Assembly: GCF_009914755.1 (NCBI RefSeq)
Contig: NC_060944.1
Strand: one strand, 5' to 3'
Source: the human T2T-CHM13v2.0 reference genome, Homo sapiens
DNA length: 64,000 bases
Below the pieces are notes generated by a model, which was given only the letters and a program-made list of their open reading frames with translations, was not told where the DNA came from and did no database searches. Every line of letters begins with the position of its first letter. Positions within the stretch are counted from its first letter, which is position 1. This document shows, in pieces, positions 1 through 17,599 of the stretch. The translations under genes and the position numbers were made by a program.

Positions 1-85
1 GGTTTGAATGAGGAGGAGCGGGCGCGGAGGGGAGGGGGCGGGGAGGGCGGAGGGAGGGAGGGAGGCGTCGCGGAGTTTCTCTCAG
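1..85 (-). other. ZNF217: Probable non-coding first exon (5' UTR), cut by the window edge
   Basis: Minus strand reads GAGAAACTCCGCGACGCCTCCCTCCC...CTCCTCATTCAAACC with no ATG, at the edge of the CpG island. Resembles ZNF217 exon 1 as I recall it; the very high flanking Alu density fits 20q13.2. The splice donor would lie outside the window. Confidence 0.55.
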
Positions 86-484
86 CCTTTTGTGCGGACA
101 CCTCCCGGATTCCGCGCCCGCACCCGGCCCCCCAAAAGACACGGGGAGCCGCGGGCGAGGGGTGCAGCCATCCGCCGAGGAGCCTAGTGCCTTCGCGCCT
201 CCAAGACCCCCCCCCAACAAAAAAGGAGCGTCCCCCACCCCCACCCCCGCCCGGAGGATATAGGGGCCGGGCTCACCTCGGGCGCGGGGCTAAGGTGAGC
301 GGGGCGGGGGTGCGCACGGGGGCAAAGGCGCGGGCGCCCCCTACTCGTCCGCGCGGGGACAGTGCAGGCGCGGGGGGTCCCTAGAGCCGCCGGGGCGCGG
401 CGCGTCCGGCGCTGGGGGACTGTTGGGTCAGAAAGTGTTCAGGGAGCAGCTGTTGCGCCCTCCCTCGGCCCCGCCGCTCGGAGA

Positions 485-539
485 CGCCCCGCCCCCTGCC
501 TTCACCGGCCGCCCCGCCCCCTGCCTTCACCGGCCGCCC
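485..539 (+). repeat. 25-bp perfect tandem duplication (2.2 copies) containing a GC box
   Basis: CGCCCCGCCCCCTGCCTTCACCGGC at 485-509 and 510-534, followed by CGCCC. Confidence 0.95.
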
Positions 540-3500
540 GGCCACGCCCCACACCGCCCCGGCCCCGCCCCAGCGCCCACGTGACTAGCATAGGCGCGCC
601 CCTGCTCCGCCCCCCGCCGCCGACTCCGCCTCCGGGACGGGAGCGAGCGGCGAGCGCGCGCACTCCCAGTTCTCGCTCGGCGACTCCCGCGCACGCGCGC
701 GCCGTGCCACCCTCCCCGCGCCCCCCGCCCCGCACCCCTCCTCCCGCCATCCGGCTTAACGTGGCGGGCGCGCGCCGCGGCGGTAGCCGTGACAGGTACC
801 CGGGGAGGCCGGAGGGAGGGGGCCGCGAGGGTGTGCGCAGGCGCAGATCCGGCCCTGTCCCCGCCGCCCCCTCCTCTGCAAGGTGTGCGCGGGCGAGGGG
901 AGGGGCCCGCGGCCCGAACCCCTGGGTCACCCCGAATTACAAACAAAAACCTTAACGCCGTTGCTCGCGGGTTAGAAGGCAGCTGTGCGCGAAAAACACC
1001 AAAGATTTTCTTCAAGCTTGAGGAAGGTCGAGAAGATAAACAGTTTTTAAATGAGTATCTTCAGAAAGCTATTTAATTGTTGTGATTTTTTTTTTTCTGA
1101 AAGGGCTGGGCTTGCGCTATTCTAACTTGAGATTTCTAAACTTAGCCTAGGTTCCAAGAATCTACTTGGTTTTGATAGAAATCCATTTGGAGGAAACCGG
1201 GGACAAAAAAAGGGACAAAAAAAAAAAAAAAAAAAACCGCTACCCTTTCCCCTCCTCCCTACGCACAACTCATTTAAAGCGTTTCCCAAATGTTTTCTTT
1301 CCTTACTGAAAAAAAGGACAAAAAAAAGATCCTGATTCCTAAGGCCTGTGATATTTCCCCATTTTAAATAAGCTTCGAGGAACCATAGACATAACAAGCA
1401 CATCCACAATTTTTCTACCCCAAAATGCAAACTAATGCAAATGTGAAATGGATCTATGCAAGTCGCTACTAACAAAATAGCCAAATATTTGTGTTTTTAC
1501 CGGCCTTCAGCATATCCAAAATGAAAAAACTTTAAAACACATCAAGAAAAGCATTTAAAATATCTATTTCCTAAATCAAAAGAAAGAACGCACTACAGAA
1601 ACGATCCGGAGCTGGTGAGCAATGCAATCTTAATAAATAGGAAAAGGAATTTGAGAAGACAGCTCAGCAAAGGGGAAGAATTTGCCAAGTGTCATGTTTT
1701 GCTGTCATTTTATATATAACTACTAACCCCACATATGGTCTGGTTAGTCTTTTTTAAAAAGGAAGCGAATCAATTACTCACAATTAATTAGCAGTGCCAG
1801 TAGATTCTTAGGCCAGCACTAAAAAACTAAATTGGGTGAATTTTTTTTCACTCAAGTCCACTGATATTGATCACTTTTAGTATTAGGATTCCTTTTCTGA
1901 CAAAAGATGAATACCTATCTTTAAAATATATTTTTTAAACTTATTGTCACATTCTAAAACACAGTCCAAAAACACTTCATAAACAAGAAACTTCATTTAA
2001 CTTTATGAAAACAAATGACTATGAGCCTTGCTACACAACAAAGAAACTATGACCAAGTGGAACCAGGTTGAGCCTGAAGTGTAACCTCATTCTACATGTT
2101 AATGGATAACCTTTGAACTCCGAGACCTTGAATGCTGTAAACACAATAGCACTGATAGTTAAAAATTCTAGTGTCAAAATCGAGCAAAAAGAAAAGTCCA
2201 AACTTTTCAGGGGGAATAGGGAAACAATCAAATATTTTGACAAATAATCGTTTCAGTAAGAACAAGGAGATTCCTGGCTCTCAGACCTTGTTGCTACTGA
2301 ATTATTTTCTGAGCAAAAACGGTTGTGCTTGTTTTCCCCCTGTGCCCTCCAAAGCTACCACTTTGTTCACATTATAGCATCATGATTTGTTACTGTTTCG
2401 CCGCCTCTCTCAAAAAAAAAAAAGAGAGCGCCTTATTATGTTGTAGCTTTTAAAACTGAAAGATGATTATAATTCACTGATCTGTCTGCTAAGAGTTTTA
2501 TTTATATGTGATCCTCCTTATGTTTGAGCAAAGAATTACAAAGAACCTCGTCCTGGAGTCGTGCCAACGAAACTGGGAAATCGTTGCAAAATTCTGCCAG
2601 TGACTGACTGCTGGGTTGCAAATACATACTGTGTTTTCAGAAGGACATAGAGGGATCTGAATTCGCCTGGGAGGGCTTTTCCCTAAGACACATTCTTCCC
2701 TTAGAATGTGAGACTCATACTTCCCATTTATTTGGAAAGCATGTATAGTTCAAACAATTAAAATATGGAAACTCCAAAAGTAACAGGAGAACACTGGAAG
2801 CATTTGGTTTTGTAATAAAAGCTAGGAACTCATACTGCACAAAGTGAAAATTGAAAATCGAACGTTGGTCTTCCTATGCTTAGCTCCACCCACAAGAAAT
2901 CCAGCTTCGCCATCACTCCCTGCGTAGGCCATCTCTAAAGGAGTCAGGTGCTACTAGATGCCAGCAAAAAAACAAAGAATGGAACCAAAAGAGAAGCTCT
3001 GCACATGGTACTTGGAGAAGGGGCAGAAAATCCCCACTTCACCTTCTTTCAATGCAGCAAACATCAGCTACACCTCATTTTTCACAATCATCCAAACAGG
3101 CCCTCCTTAAGACATATTTCCTAGTATGCGCTTATAAAATCACACCATTATCTCTAATTTAATCCTAGTGATATAAGGCCTCTTCGTTTAGCCAACATCT
3201 GATTTTCTATCCAGATCCTGCCAGTCACAGCATGCTCAGATCTAGTAACATAACAAAAAAAAAAAAAAGAAAAAAAAAAACAAAACTTCTGATTTGCTGT
3301 ATTTAACACTTACTGGAATCCTCTTTTGAGACTCAGCCTTAATTAGAAGAACAGAATGAGGTAGGATCTTCTTATTTCACAAGACGTTATTTTACTGTGG
3401 AACTATTATAGAAAAACTATTTGGAAACTGTGTGTAAATCCCTGGAGCTGAAACAGAGCCAACATAGATACGGGACGTAAAAGAATTCAGTGTTCAGAGC

Positions 3501-3802
3501 AGGAAAACCTGAAAAACTGCAGTGAGGAGTTAGCAGGAAAAGAACATGAAAAAGTTAGGCAAACCTGCCAGCATCTGCAAACTACAAAGGACATTTGAGA
3601 AGGAAACAGGGACAGCCCTTTGAACAAGACTAAATGCACTCAAGTAAGTAGGAATAACAAACAGCTCGAAGGAGCACCACATTGCTCTTTTCTATTAAGT
3701 TTCTTGATCCCATGCAAGTCACTCTTCTGTAAAGTATCACAATAATATACTATTAAAAAAATATATTTATATATATGTATATATATATATAGCAGAACTT
3801 AC

Positions 3803-3877
3803 CTTTCAGAAGAGAAGGCAGGGTCTGGAACCTGATAACTCTGTAGGACTTCACTCTACCTGGCTCCAAACAATACT
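3803..3877 (-). other. Candidate alternative non-coding first exon (~75 nt)
   Basis: Consensus donor AAG|GTAAGT (exon ends 3803, intron from 3802). Initiator-like CCAGT at ~3877, 28 nt downstream of a TATA box. No ATG in the exon. Confidence 0.65.
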
Positions 3878-4000
3878 GGAAGAGATGTGATTGCGGGTTT
3901 TTATAAGCACAGCAAAAAGGGAGGGGTCAAGAATAAGACTTAATTTAAATAAAGGTTTCAGTACCCTCCCAACTTGATTGGATTAGTCAATCTTGATAAG
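3878..4000 (-). promoter_or_regulatory. TATA/CCAAT core promoter
   Basis: Minus-strand TATAAAAA at 3905-3898, GC/CACCC-like box at ~3918-3927, CCAATC at 3981-3976 (about -100). Confidence 0.65.
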
Positions 4001-4289
4001 GTTGACAGCATTTTTTAACTGGATTTGTCCTATTCGATGAGTGCCCTCCCCCACTGCAAACACAACTCATGACTCCTCTAATATTCTGGATAGTTTTCTG
4101 AAATTACCTTCACTCAAAATGTTAATGTAAAAACTCCCTTAAAAATTGCACACAAAACACAACACTGGGAACGCCTCTTTAAAGTTTTCTGCCTTCATTA
4201 GATATTCCAAACAGGAAGTTTTGGAATGAGGGACGGAGGGGAAGAAGAGGGTGACTAACATTAATTGAAATTCAATCATCATTATAATC

Positions 4290-5100
4290 TCAAGCCAGAA
4301 TCTTAAAATCTAATCAGGATATTTCATCTCCATCTACTCCACCCTACACAGACCTTGCATCCATCAGCAAACCTTCATATGTCTCAATTGTGTCCATTTA
4401 TCTTTATCTCTAACAAAAGCCTACACCAGGTACCACTGGCAGGTGCCATGCACGTGAACGCGGAGTCTGCTGTTGGAAATGTGTTGGGAAGGGAGAGTTC
4501 CCGGTAAGAATTATGTATTTAGGAGCTTTCCAAATACTGATGGCATGTTGAGCCATCAGACTGGATAAAATCACACGAAAGAGGTGCTAGTATTGGGCCC
4601 TTGGGTGGTTCAGCGCCTGGAAGTCAAGGAGAAGAGAAAGAGAGCAAAGGGGACTGAGAGGGAGCAGGCAGTGAGGTCTGAGGGACCGCAGGAGAGCATG
4701 GGGACCCAAATGCAAGGGAAGAAAGGGTGTCAGCTCCATCACGTGTTCTCCTCCAGACAGAGACAGTACTGTATATGCAGGTTTCTCCAAACTTCTTCCT
4801 TTCTAGGTTTCCCTTAATGCTTTCTCTACCTATAATCCAAGACTTTTACCCAAAAAGACTTTTACCACGGATATCAGATAAATTCACCACCCCTTAATGG
4901 CTTCCTATTGCCTTGAGGGAAAAAAAACTCCACAGCTTCCCCCACCAGCTCTGCAGATCTGGTCCCTGCCTAACTCCAGCCTCAAGTCCTGGCAAGCCCT
5001 TCACTGAGGCATCTGAACTCCAGCCTTCTCTCTGACCTAGAGCCTTCAGCCCTGGGGTTCCCCTTGCCTAGCACCTCCTTTCTCATTCTCTTCAAGAACT
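4290..5100 (+). mobile_element. L2 fossil, apparently interrupted by an inverted L2 fragment
   Basis: Degenerate L2 3'-region motifs (CCATCAGCAAA..., AATGGCTTCCTATTGCC...). Confidence 0.5.
4466..4747 (-). repeat. Left arm of ~290-bp inverted repeat (L2-derived)
   Basis: Aligns by eye to the reverse complement of 5912-6206, with long shared words such as ATTTAGGAGCTTTCCAAATA, GACTGGATAAAATCACA and AGCATGGGGACCCAA. Confidence 0.9.
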
Positions 5101-5199
5101 TGGCTTCTGTTCTGAGAGTGGTTTAAAACCCCTAGTTCCCTGGGAGGGGGAGGAGGGGGGAGGCTCTGACATAGTGTCCTGGTCATGAACATCTTCTCT

Positions 5200-5420
5200 C
5201 CAATAACTTGGGCTCAGATACTCAGATTCTACCTCTGGAGAGCTGCATAACCCTAGAATATTATTTAATCTCTCTCAGGTTTCAGTTTCCTTATCTATAA
5301 AAGGGGAATGATGAAGATGATGAAGACGACAATTATAATAATTGTTTGTGTTACTTATATAAGTAATAGTCACATTTCTTCAAGACTCTGGAGAATGAAA
5401 TGAGACACACTACAAAGCTT
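5200..5420 (+). mobile_element. MIR
   Basis: MIR core TCAGTTTCCTTATCTATAAAAGGGGAATGATG. Confidence 0.7.
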
Positions 5421-5429
5421 GTGAGCCTA

Positions 5430-5880
5430 GAGTTTTGGGGGCCCTGGCACTGTTCTAGGCATGGGAGATAGAACATTAAGCAAAACAAACGAATTCCTTG
5501 TCCCATTGGGGCTTATCTTCTTGAGGGAAGCAGACAACACACTGGTAGTTATATTTACAACCTACTGGGACTGGGTCATAGGAGAGGGGAAAAGCCTGCT
5601 GTTATAGATTGAGGCTCCCTGAGGAGCAGAGACCTCCCAGGAAGTCAGGTGGCAAATCATACCGGGATGGGGAGGAGTGTTCCATTCATTCAGAGGGAAC
5701 AGAAGGTGAGAAGGACCAAAGAGGAAGAGAGCCAAGCTTGGAGAAAGAATTGGAAGGCAGCCAGTGTGTCTGGGGGCCATGGAATGAAGACAGGATAGGG
5801 ACAGAGGAGCAAGAAATCAAGGCAGGCCCGTGTGAAGACCGGGGATTTGACTCTCGTTGCAGCAGGATATCAGTGATCAG
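5430..5880 (-). mobile_element. L2 3' end
   Basis: GGCACTGTTCTAGGCATGGGAGATA..., typical antisense L2 tail. Confidence 0.65.
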
Positions 5881-5911
5881 TTCTCTGTTCCCTAGTATTT
5901 GCCAAATCTGC

Positions 5912-6206
5912 AACACTTGATAGAGCTCTTTCCTGCCTTGCAGTTGGGTCCCCATGCTATCCTGATCTCCGTCAGTCCTCGCTGGCTGCTCCCTCCCAGT
6001 CCCCTTGGCTCCTTCTTTAGACTCTCTTCTTTGACTTCCAGGTGCTGACATGCCCAGGGCCCAATGCTAGCAACACTTTCTTATTCATGTGATTTTATCC
6101 AGTCCGAAGCTTCAGCATGCCATCAATATTTGGAAAGCTCCTAAATGTCCATATTTCCCACCTGGAACTCTCCCCTCAACTCCCAAAACACATTTCCAAC
6201 TGCTGA
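5912..6206 (+). repeat. Right arm of ~290-bp inverted repeat (L2-derived)
   Basis: Reverse-complement match to 4466-4747. Confidence 0.9.
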
Positions 6207-6316
6207 TTTTGTCTCTACATGAGAGGTCCCTGTGTTTACAGGGCAGAAATGTAGACCGTCCCATTCTAAGCGGCCACAATTGACCTTTTCAAAAGTCGTC
6301 GTCTGGTTATGTCATG

Positions 6317-6395
6317 GCCCTCATGCGTCTTAGAATAAAAACAAATTCCCGATAACACAGCCCTCATGCATCTTAGAATAAAAACAAAGTTCCCG
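6317..6395 (+). repeat. 43-bp-period tandem duplication, second copy interrupted by an Alu
   Basis: GCCCTCATGC(G/A)TCTTAGAATAAAAACAAA(-/G)TTCCCG at 6317 and 6360. Confidence 0.9.
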
Positions 6396-8515
<2,120 letters not shown>

Positions 8516-9316
8516 AAGAAAGTGGGGAAGAAAATGTAATACAAATTAATATACCAACAGCAATTAGTGAGTACTTTTTCCATGGAGCTGGGAGAGAGAA
8601 TGTTTGTAAAATTAAAATGTTCTACGCTAGAAATCAACTTTCCTTCTATGCCTTCTTTATTTCACCCCTTATAGCTAGTTAATAAATCTCACAAATCCTA
8701 TCCTTCTAATCTCTCTGAAATGTATGTACCCTTTCCTTTCTATTCTCACCACCCATGTTTCTTTGTTTCCTTCTAGCCTGTGTAATAATCTCATAATCGC
8801 ATCTCCTGTACCTGCCTTCTTTCTAGTCCAGAATACTTTTTCCTAAATTCCGCTAATAACCATCCTGCTACTGCTTTGTGTGAAATTCTCCAAAAAAAAT
8901 TTTACTTTTCCAAAATAAGTCAAGCTCCCTCTCTTAGGATGCAAAACCACACCATGGTCCCAGCCAATCTTTCAGCCTGATTCACTCAGTATATATTTAT
9001 TGACCTCTCCTTCCTCCCAAGCACTTGGCTAGATAGTAATTAAAGAGTGAGGCACAAAACAAATTGGATTCCTCCCCTCATGGAGCTTATATTTTAACAG
9101 GAAACATAGACATTGAATAAATTAAAACAAAAAAAGACAAGAATATAATTACAGTATCTATCCTAGAGAAATACACTCATGCAGAAAGCATACACAAGGA
9201 TGCAGCACTGTTTCCAGTAGTGAAAAGCTAGAAACAACCTACATGTTCACCAAAAGAAAATGGCCACAAAAACTATACCATATCCAAATTATCCAAATTT
9301 TAAAATATAGACAACA

Positions 9317-10951
<1,635 letters not shown>

Positions 10952-10959
10952 TGACATGT

Positions 10960-11480
10960 ACATATTAAGCACCCACTATGTACCAGGCATTGTTCTAGGT
11001 GCTGGAGATGCCACAGGGAACCAAACAGATCAAAATGCCTATCCTCATGGAGTTAACATTTGATATTATAGTGTGTTAGATATTAAAATAAGTACTATGG
11101 AGAGAAATACAAGGGGCAAAGGGGCTACAGAGTGGAGGGGTGGTGAGGGAAATGTTAAGTAGATTGGCCCTGAAAGGCTTCATCATAGACACATCTAAAT
11201 AAAGATCTGAAGGGGGTGACAGTGGGAGCCACAAGGAGTTCTAGGGGAAGAGCATTCCAGGTTCAGGGACAGGCAAGCGAAGTCCTTGAAGCAAAGTGCA
11301 CCCAGTGTTTCAAAGAACAGCAAGGAGGCCAGCATGGCATTGTGGCTGGCGTGGCGACAAGCCCGGAAATTAGGATGGGGATGGTGCATCTTGATTGCAC
11401 GGATCTTTCTGGCCATGGTAAAGATTTTGAATTTCATTCTGAATGGGCCTGAGAGCTCTGAATAATCTGAGCAAAATGGC
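10960..11480 (-). mobile_element. L2 3' region
   Basis: CATTAAGCACCCACTATGTACCAGGCATTGTTCTAGGTGCTGGAGAT... through GATTTTGAATTTCATTCTGA. Confidence 0.8.
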
Positions 11481-11650
11481 CGGGCTCGGTTAGTAAGTGG
11501 CGTATTCAACGGGTTCACACCATCAGGAGCGCTCCTAAAATAGTAACACAGGGTCTCTCTCCTTTGCTGAAATCACTCAGATATTTAAATGTATCTCTAT
11601 TTCAGGTTACTTCTACAACCATAACAGTAATAATAATAATAGTAAGAAGA

Positions 11651-14140
<2,490 letters not shown>

Positions 14141-14214
14141 TAAAAATAAAATTTAAAAAATAGTACTCGCTGACAAGTGAATTTGGGAGGAATAAGCAAG
14201 ACCTCACTCGTGGT

Positions 14215-15125
14215 AACGGGCGCGGGGTGGGGGAAGTCGGGGGGTGGCACACAGCGCTCAGTTAAGTCACGCCATTATGATCACGACCACCGCCCGCGGC
14301 CGCAGAACCTGCCCGCTCTGCACACCAGGGCGGACACCCACAGACGCGTCCTTCACCCGCGCAGGGACCTGCCAGGGGCGCTTATACCGGAGGGTGTTCA
14401 GAGCAGGAAAGGAAGAGATCAAATCTGAACCCGGATCCGTCTCCTACAGAACCTGAGTCGCTCAATCATCAGCTAGATCGCCCCGTGTAGACAAAGCAAG
14501 TGGAATTATTTGAAGAGTATACCTTGAGCTGGGCAATCCTCATAGAAGGTCGGGGACGACCTGCCCTTCAGTGTTCCTGGAGCATCTTCTCCAAAGTGGA
14601 GGTCGAGCCAGGCCTAGGAGGAAAGAGAGGGCAACTGCGGACGACCCCACCGCAGAAGAGGTGAAACCGACGGGCTCCAGGTAGGTGTGTCCTCCCCAAC
14701 CACACCCTCCCACAGGGCCCGGAGACTGGGGAAGGCCGGAGATGAGATTAGGGTCAGAGCCACACCCCTGACCCGCGTACAGGACAAACTGAAGCCACGC
14801 GTCTACACTGGCGCTCCGAACTGCGTTGGCCCAAAGCTTCTTCACCGCTTCCAGCGGAGGGCTTAAAGCGGTCCCCCCAGCCCTCACACAGCGGGTTTTC
14901 TCAGAACCCAGTCTCCAGAGACCGCCTGGATTCAAATCCTGCCGCCGCCCTCAGCCGCTGGGAGAGCCGGGCCTTGGCCTCACCTTCTTCCCAGCCTCAC
15001 CTGCAGAATGGGCGTGTCCCGAGGGTTAAATGCCCTCATCACCATGAAGCCTTAAAACGGTGCCTGGCACATGGCGATACGCAATAAACGTCCGCCAAAA
15101 TGACGTTAGCCAGGATTCGCCCCGG
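14215..15125. promoter_or_regulatory. Second CpG island (promoter/enhancer)
   Basis: Clear CpG enrichment outside Alus, CRE-like TGACGT at 15101, plus-strand donor CAG|GTAGGT at 14680/14681. Confidence 0.8.
14900..15090 (+). mobile_element. CpG-retaining MIR inside the CpG island
   Basis: GGATTCAAATCC...CCTCACCTGCAGAATGGG...GTGCCTGGCACATGG...AATAAA. Confidence 0.65.
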
Positions 15126-15921
15126 AAGGCTTCCTGTTCTCATACAGCCCTTCAATGAGGGCTAATCCCTTTGGCTCCTTTAACAACTTTTTTTTTAATG
15201 TGGTTAGCACATTTTGTTGACTTTTTTTTTTTTTACAAAGACCAAGTCAGCATGTCCTCTTAAAAATATCTTAAGAGATTATGTTTTGTTCCTACTTGCT
15301 TTGAGGAATGACTTCGTCCTGGTTGAGTGGGGTGAAAACAGTGAAATGCGAACAAGGATAATAAGACCATCTTTCCTGTACTGTTTCTTAAAAAAGGAGG
15401 GGAGTGAGGAATTAAAAATTCAGATGCTGGATTTTAAAGACTGTCATGCTAAGTATTTTCTTATCAACTTCCTTTTTTTTTTTTTGTCCTCATATAAACA
15501 TAACAGTAGTTGAGTTTTTCCTTTCTTCTTGACTCAAAAAAAAAAAAAACTGACACATAAACTTCTCCAAACCAATACAGCTGAACTTTCTACAAAGATT
15601 TGTAACTGATATATTCCTTAAAGAAAATAAGAATGCTCTGAACAGAAATAAACAGTTTCTGCAGCAGTTTTATTTGAAGCCCACAAATAAAAACAGCATG
15701 TCCCCAAGGAAACAAAATAGAATTGGGAGTCGCAGCTAAAATGGCTCTGCCCTAATCCTCTCTTACCCAGTACTATGGGGTTTGTTTACAGGAAACCCTT
15801 GCCACGAGAAGTTTTCTGCTAGTTTTCAACCGTATTTTGGCATCATCAACTCAGGCATATGGAAACAAATTAAATATTCAGCTTAAAAAAAAATTACAAA
15901 GTAAAGGAAGAGAACGCTGAC

Positions 15922-16085
15922 CTGTTCCTTTCTACCTTCTTCAGGATGGGTAGAGGCATGAAGAAATGCAGGCTCCCCTCCCCCTCCGGGCCACGCTTCC
16001 CGGCTGGGTGGAAACTATCTCATTACCACATTTTCAACAAGTAGACCAGTTTCCTCCTTTAATCAAAGTTACTTTGTGGTTGTTT
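15922..16085 (-). other. Candidate distal alternative first exon (~164 nt) with uATGs
   Basis: Donor CAG|GTCAGC (exon ends 15922). CA start at ~16085, 28 nt downstream of a TATA box. Confidence 0.55.
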
Positions 16086-16200
16086 GGCAGTCTGCGCATG
16101 CCATGTTTTTATAGCTATAGAAAATGCGTATTTATTTATTTTGAGATGACTATGACCATATGACAAACCTAAGTCAGCCTCTTATAGCCAATGATTTATA
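16086..16200 (-). promoter_or_regulatory. Distal TATA/CCAAT core promoter
   Basis: Minus-strand TATAAAAA at 16113-16106, NF-Y consensus AGCCAATGA at 16186-16194, TGCGCATGC at 16093-16101. Confidence 0.6.
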
Positions 16201-16249
16201 AGAGCTCTGAAAAGCCCGGCCTTTAAACATTTTAATAGAGGCTCTCTCA

Positions 16250-16720
16250 TCCTTTGTAAGTGGAAGTGTAAATTGGTACAGTCCTTTTGTAAACAACTCA
16301 ATGAGACAAGTCAAGGGCCTTACAAATGTTCATACATTTGGATGCAGCAATAACACTCCTGGAATCAATCCTAAGGAAACAGCCCTAATGTAGGAAAAGG
16401 TGTTAGGAACAAAGATCTTCGTGGTAACAAGATTTACTACGAGGGGGAGAGCAATACACGTTCACTCTCCATGCATGTGTGGAGGGACACAAATAAAGGA
16501 GTGGTTAGTCATCCAAGTTATGTATCCCCACACGATTACATACAGCCATTTTAGAATTAGAAAGCTTTGAAAAATAGGCCATTGGGAAATATTTATAATA
16601 GCAAATGAAAAAACCGAGATGCAAAGTTGTATTTTTAATGAACTCTAATTTTTTCTATTAGTAACGAAAAAAGGATGTAATATACATAAAAATATTTAAA
16701 TTGATTTTATCAGAAAAATT
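16250..16720 (+). mobile_element. Ancient L1 (L1ME-like) fragment
   Basis: GTGGAAGTGTAAATTGGTACA...CAGCAATAACACTCCTGGAAT..., matching the L1 ORF2 end/3' UTR pattern. Confidence 0.65.
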
Positions 16721-16939
16721 TTAGTACAGACTGAATATTATATGAAAACAAAAAAATTTTATTTCATTAGCTGTAATAATGGCACGGATTATTACAGAAT
16801 ATGCATTATATATATATTTAAAGATGTATACTGAAGGATATAGAAGAATGACATGACATAGGAGAATTTATAATACTTTAGTAAATAAAAAAACAAGAGA
16901 ATTGAACCAAAGGTGGTTAACATCTTGAAACTAGAACTT

Positions 16940-17276
<337 letters not shown>

Positions 17277-17599
17277 TTACTCATTACACTATTTTTATTA
17301 TTCTCTCTACTTTCGCATACATTTCAAAATTTTTATTAAAATTGTTTCTTTTTTTCTTTTTTTACCCTTAATCCTATGATGGGTTATATTTAAAAATTTT
17401 TTTAATGTTTGTTTTTCAATAATGGCATATGTATGACCCTTTTTCTACTTTCTATTTTTCTCTAATTATTTTTCATAATATACTTATATTACCTTTGAAA
17501 TAAATTAACATTTATTTTACCAAAAAGTAATTTAAAATAAGAATAGTAAACAGTTCCACAGAAAAGTTTTTCTTGCCATGTAATTCTAGTGAATCCTCA

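Larger units (their letters stand above)
1..1000. promoter_or_regulatory. CpG-island promoter (main promoter of a minus-strand gene, probably ZNF217)
   Basis: Very GC- and CpG-rich, no interspersed repeats. Many GC boxes (CCGCCC/CCACGCCC), E-box CACGTGAC at 578-585, NRF1-type TGCGCAGGCGCA at 834-845. Gene identity is recalled from memory, not searched. Confidence 0.9.

Noticed and set aside
4-1076. Long overlapping Pro/Arg/Gly-rich ORFs (up to 197 aa)
   Set aside because: Expected from stop-codon scarcity in a GC-rich CpG island; they occur on both strands, several start at non-ATG codons, and none resembles a known domain.
4584-6051. Similar peptides in ORFs 4584..4817(+) and 5686..6051(-) (AKGT.REQ...SMGTQ.QG.K)
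   Set aside because: Reflects the L2-derived inverted repeat, not paralogous genes.
11478-11535. CpG-rich patch with tRNA-like words (GCTCGGTTAG, GGGTTCA)
   Set aside because: Alignment to a tRNA needs large gaps and no cloverleaf forms.
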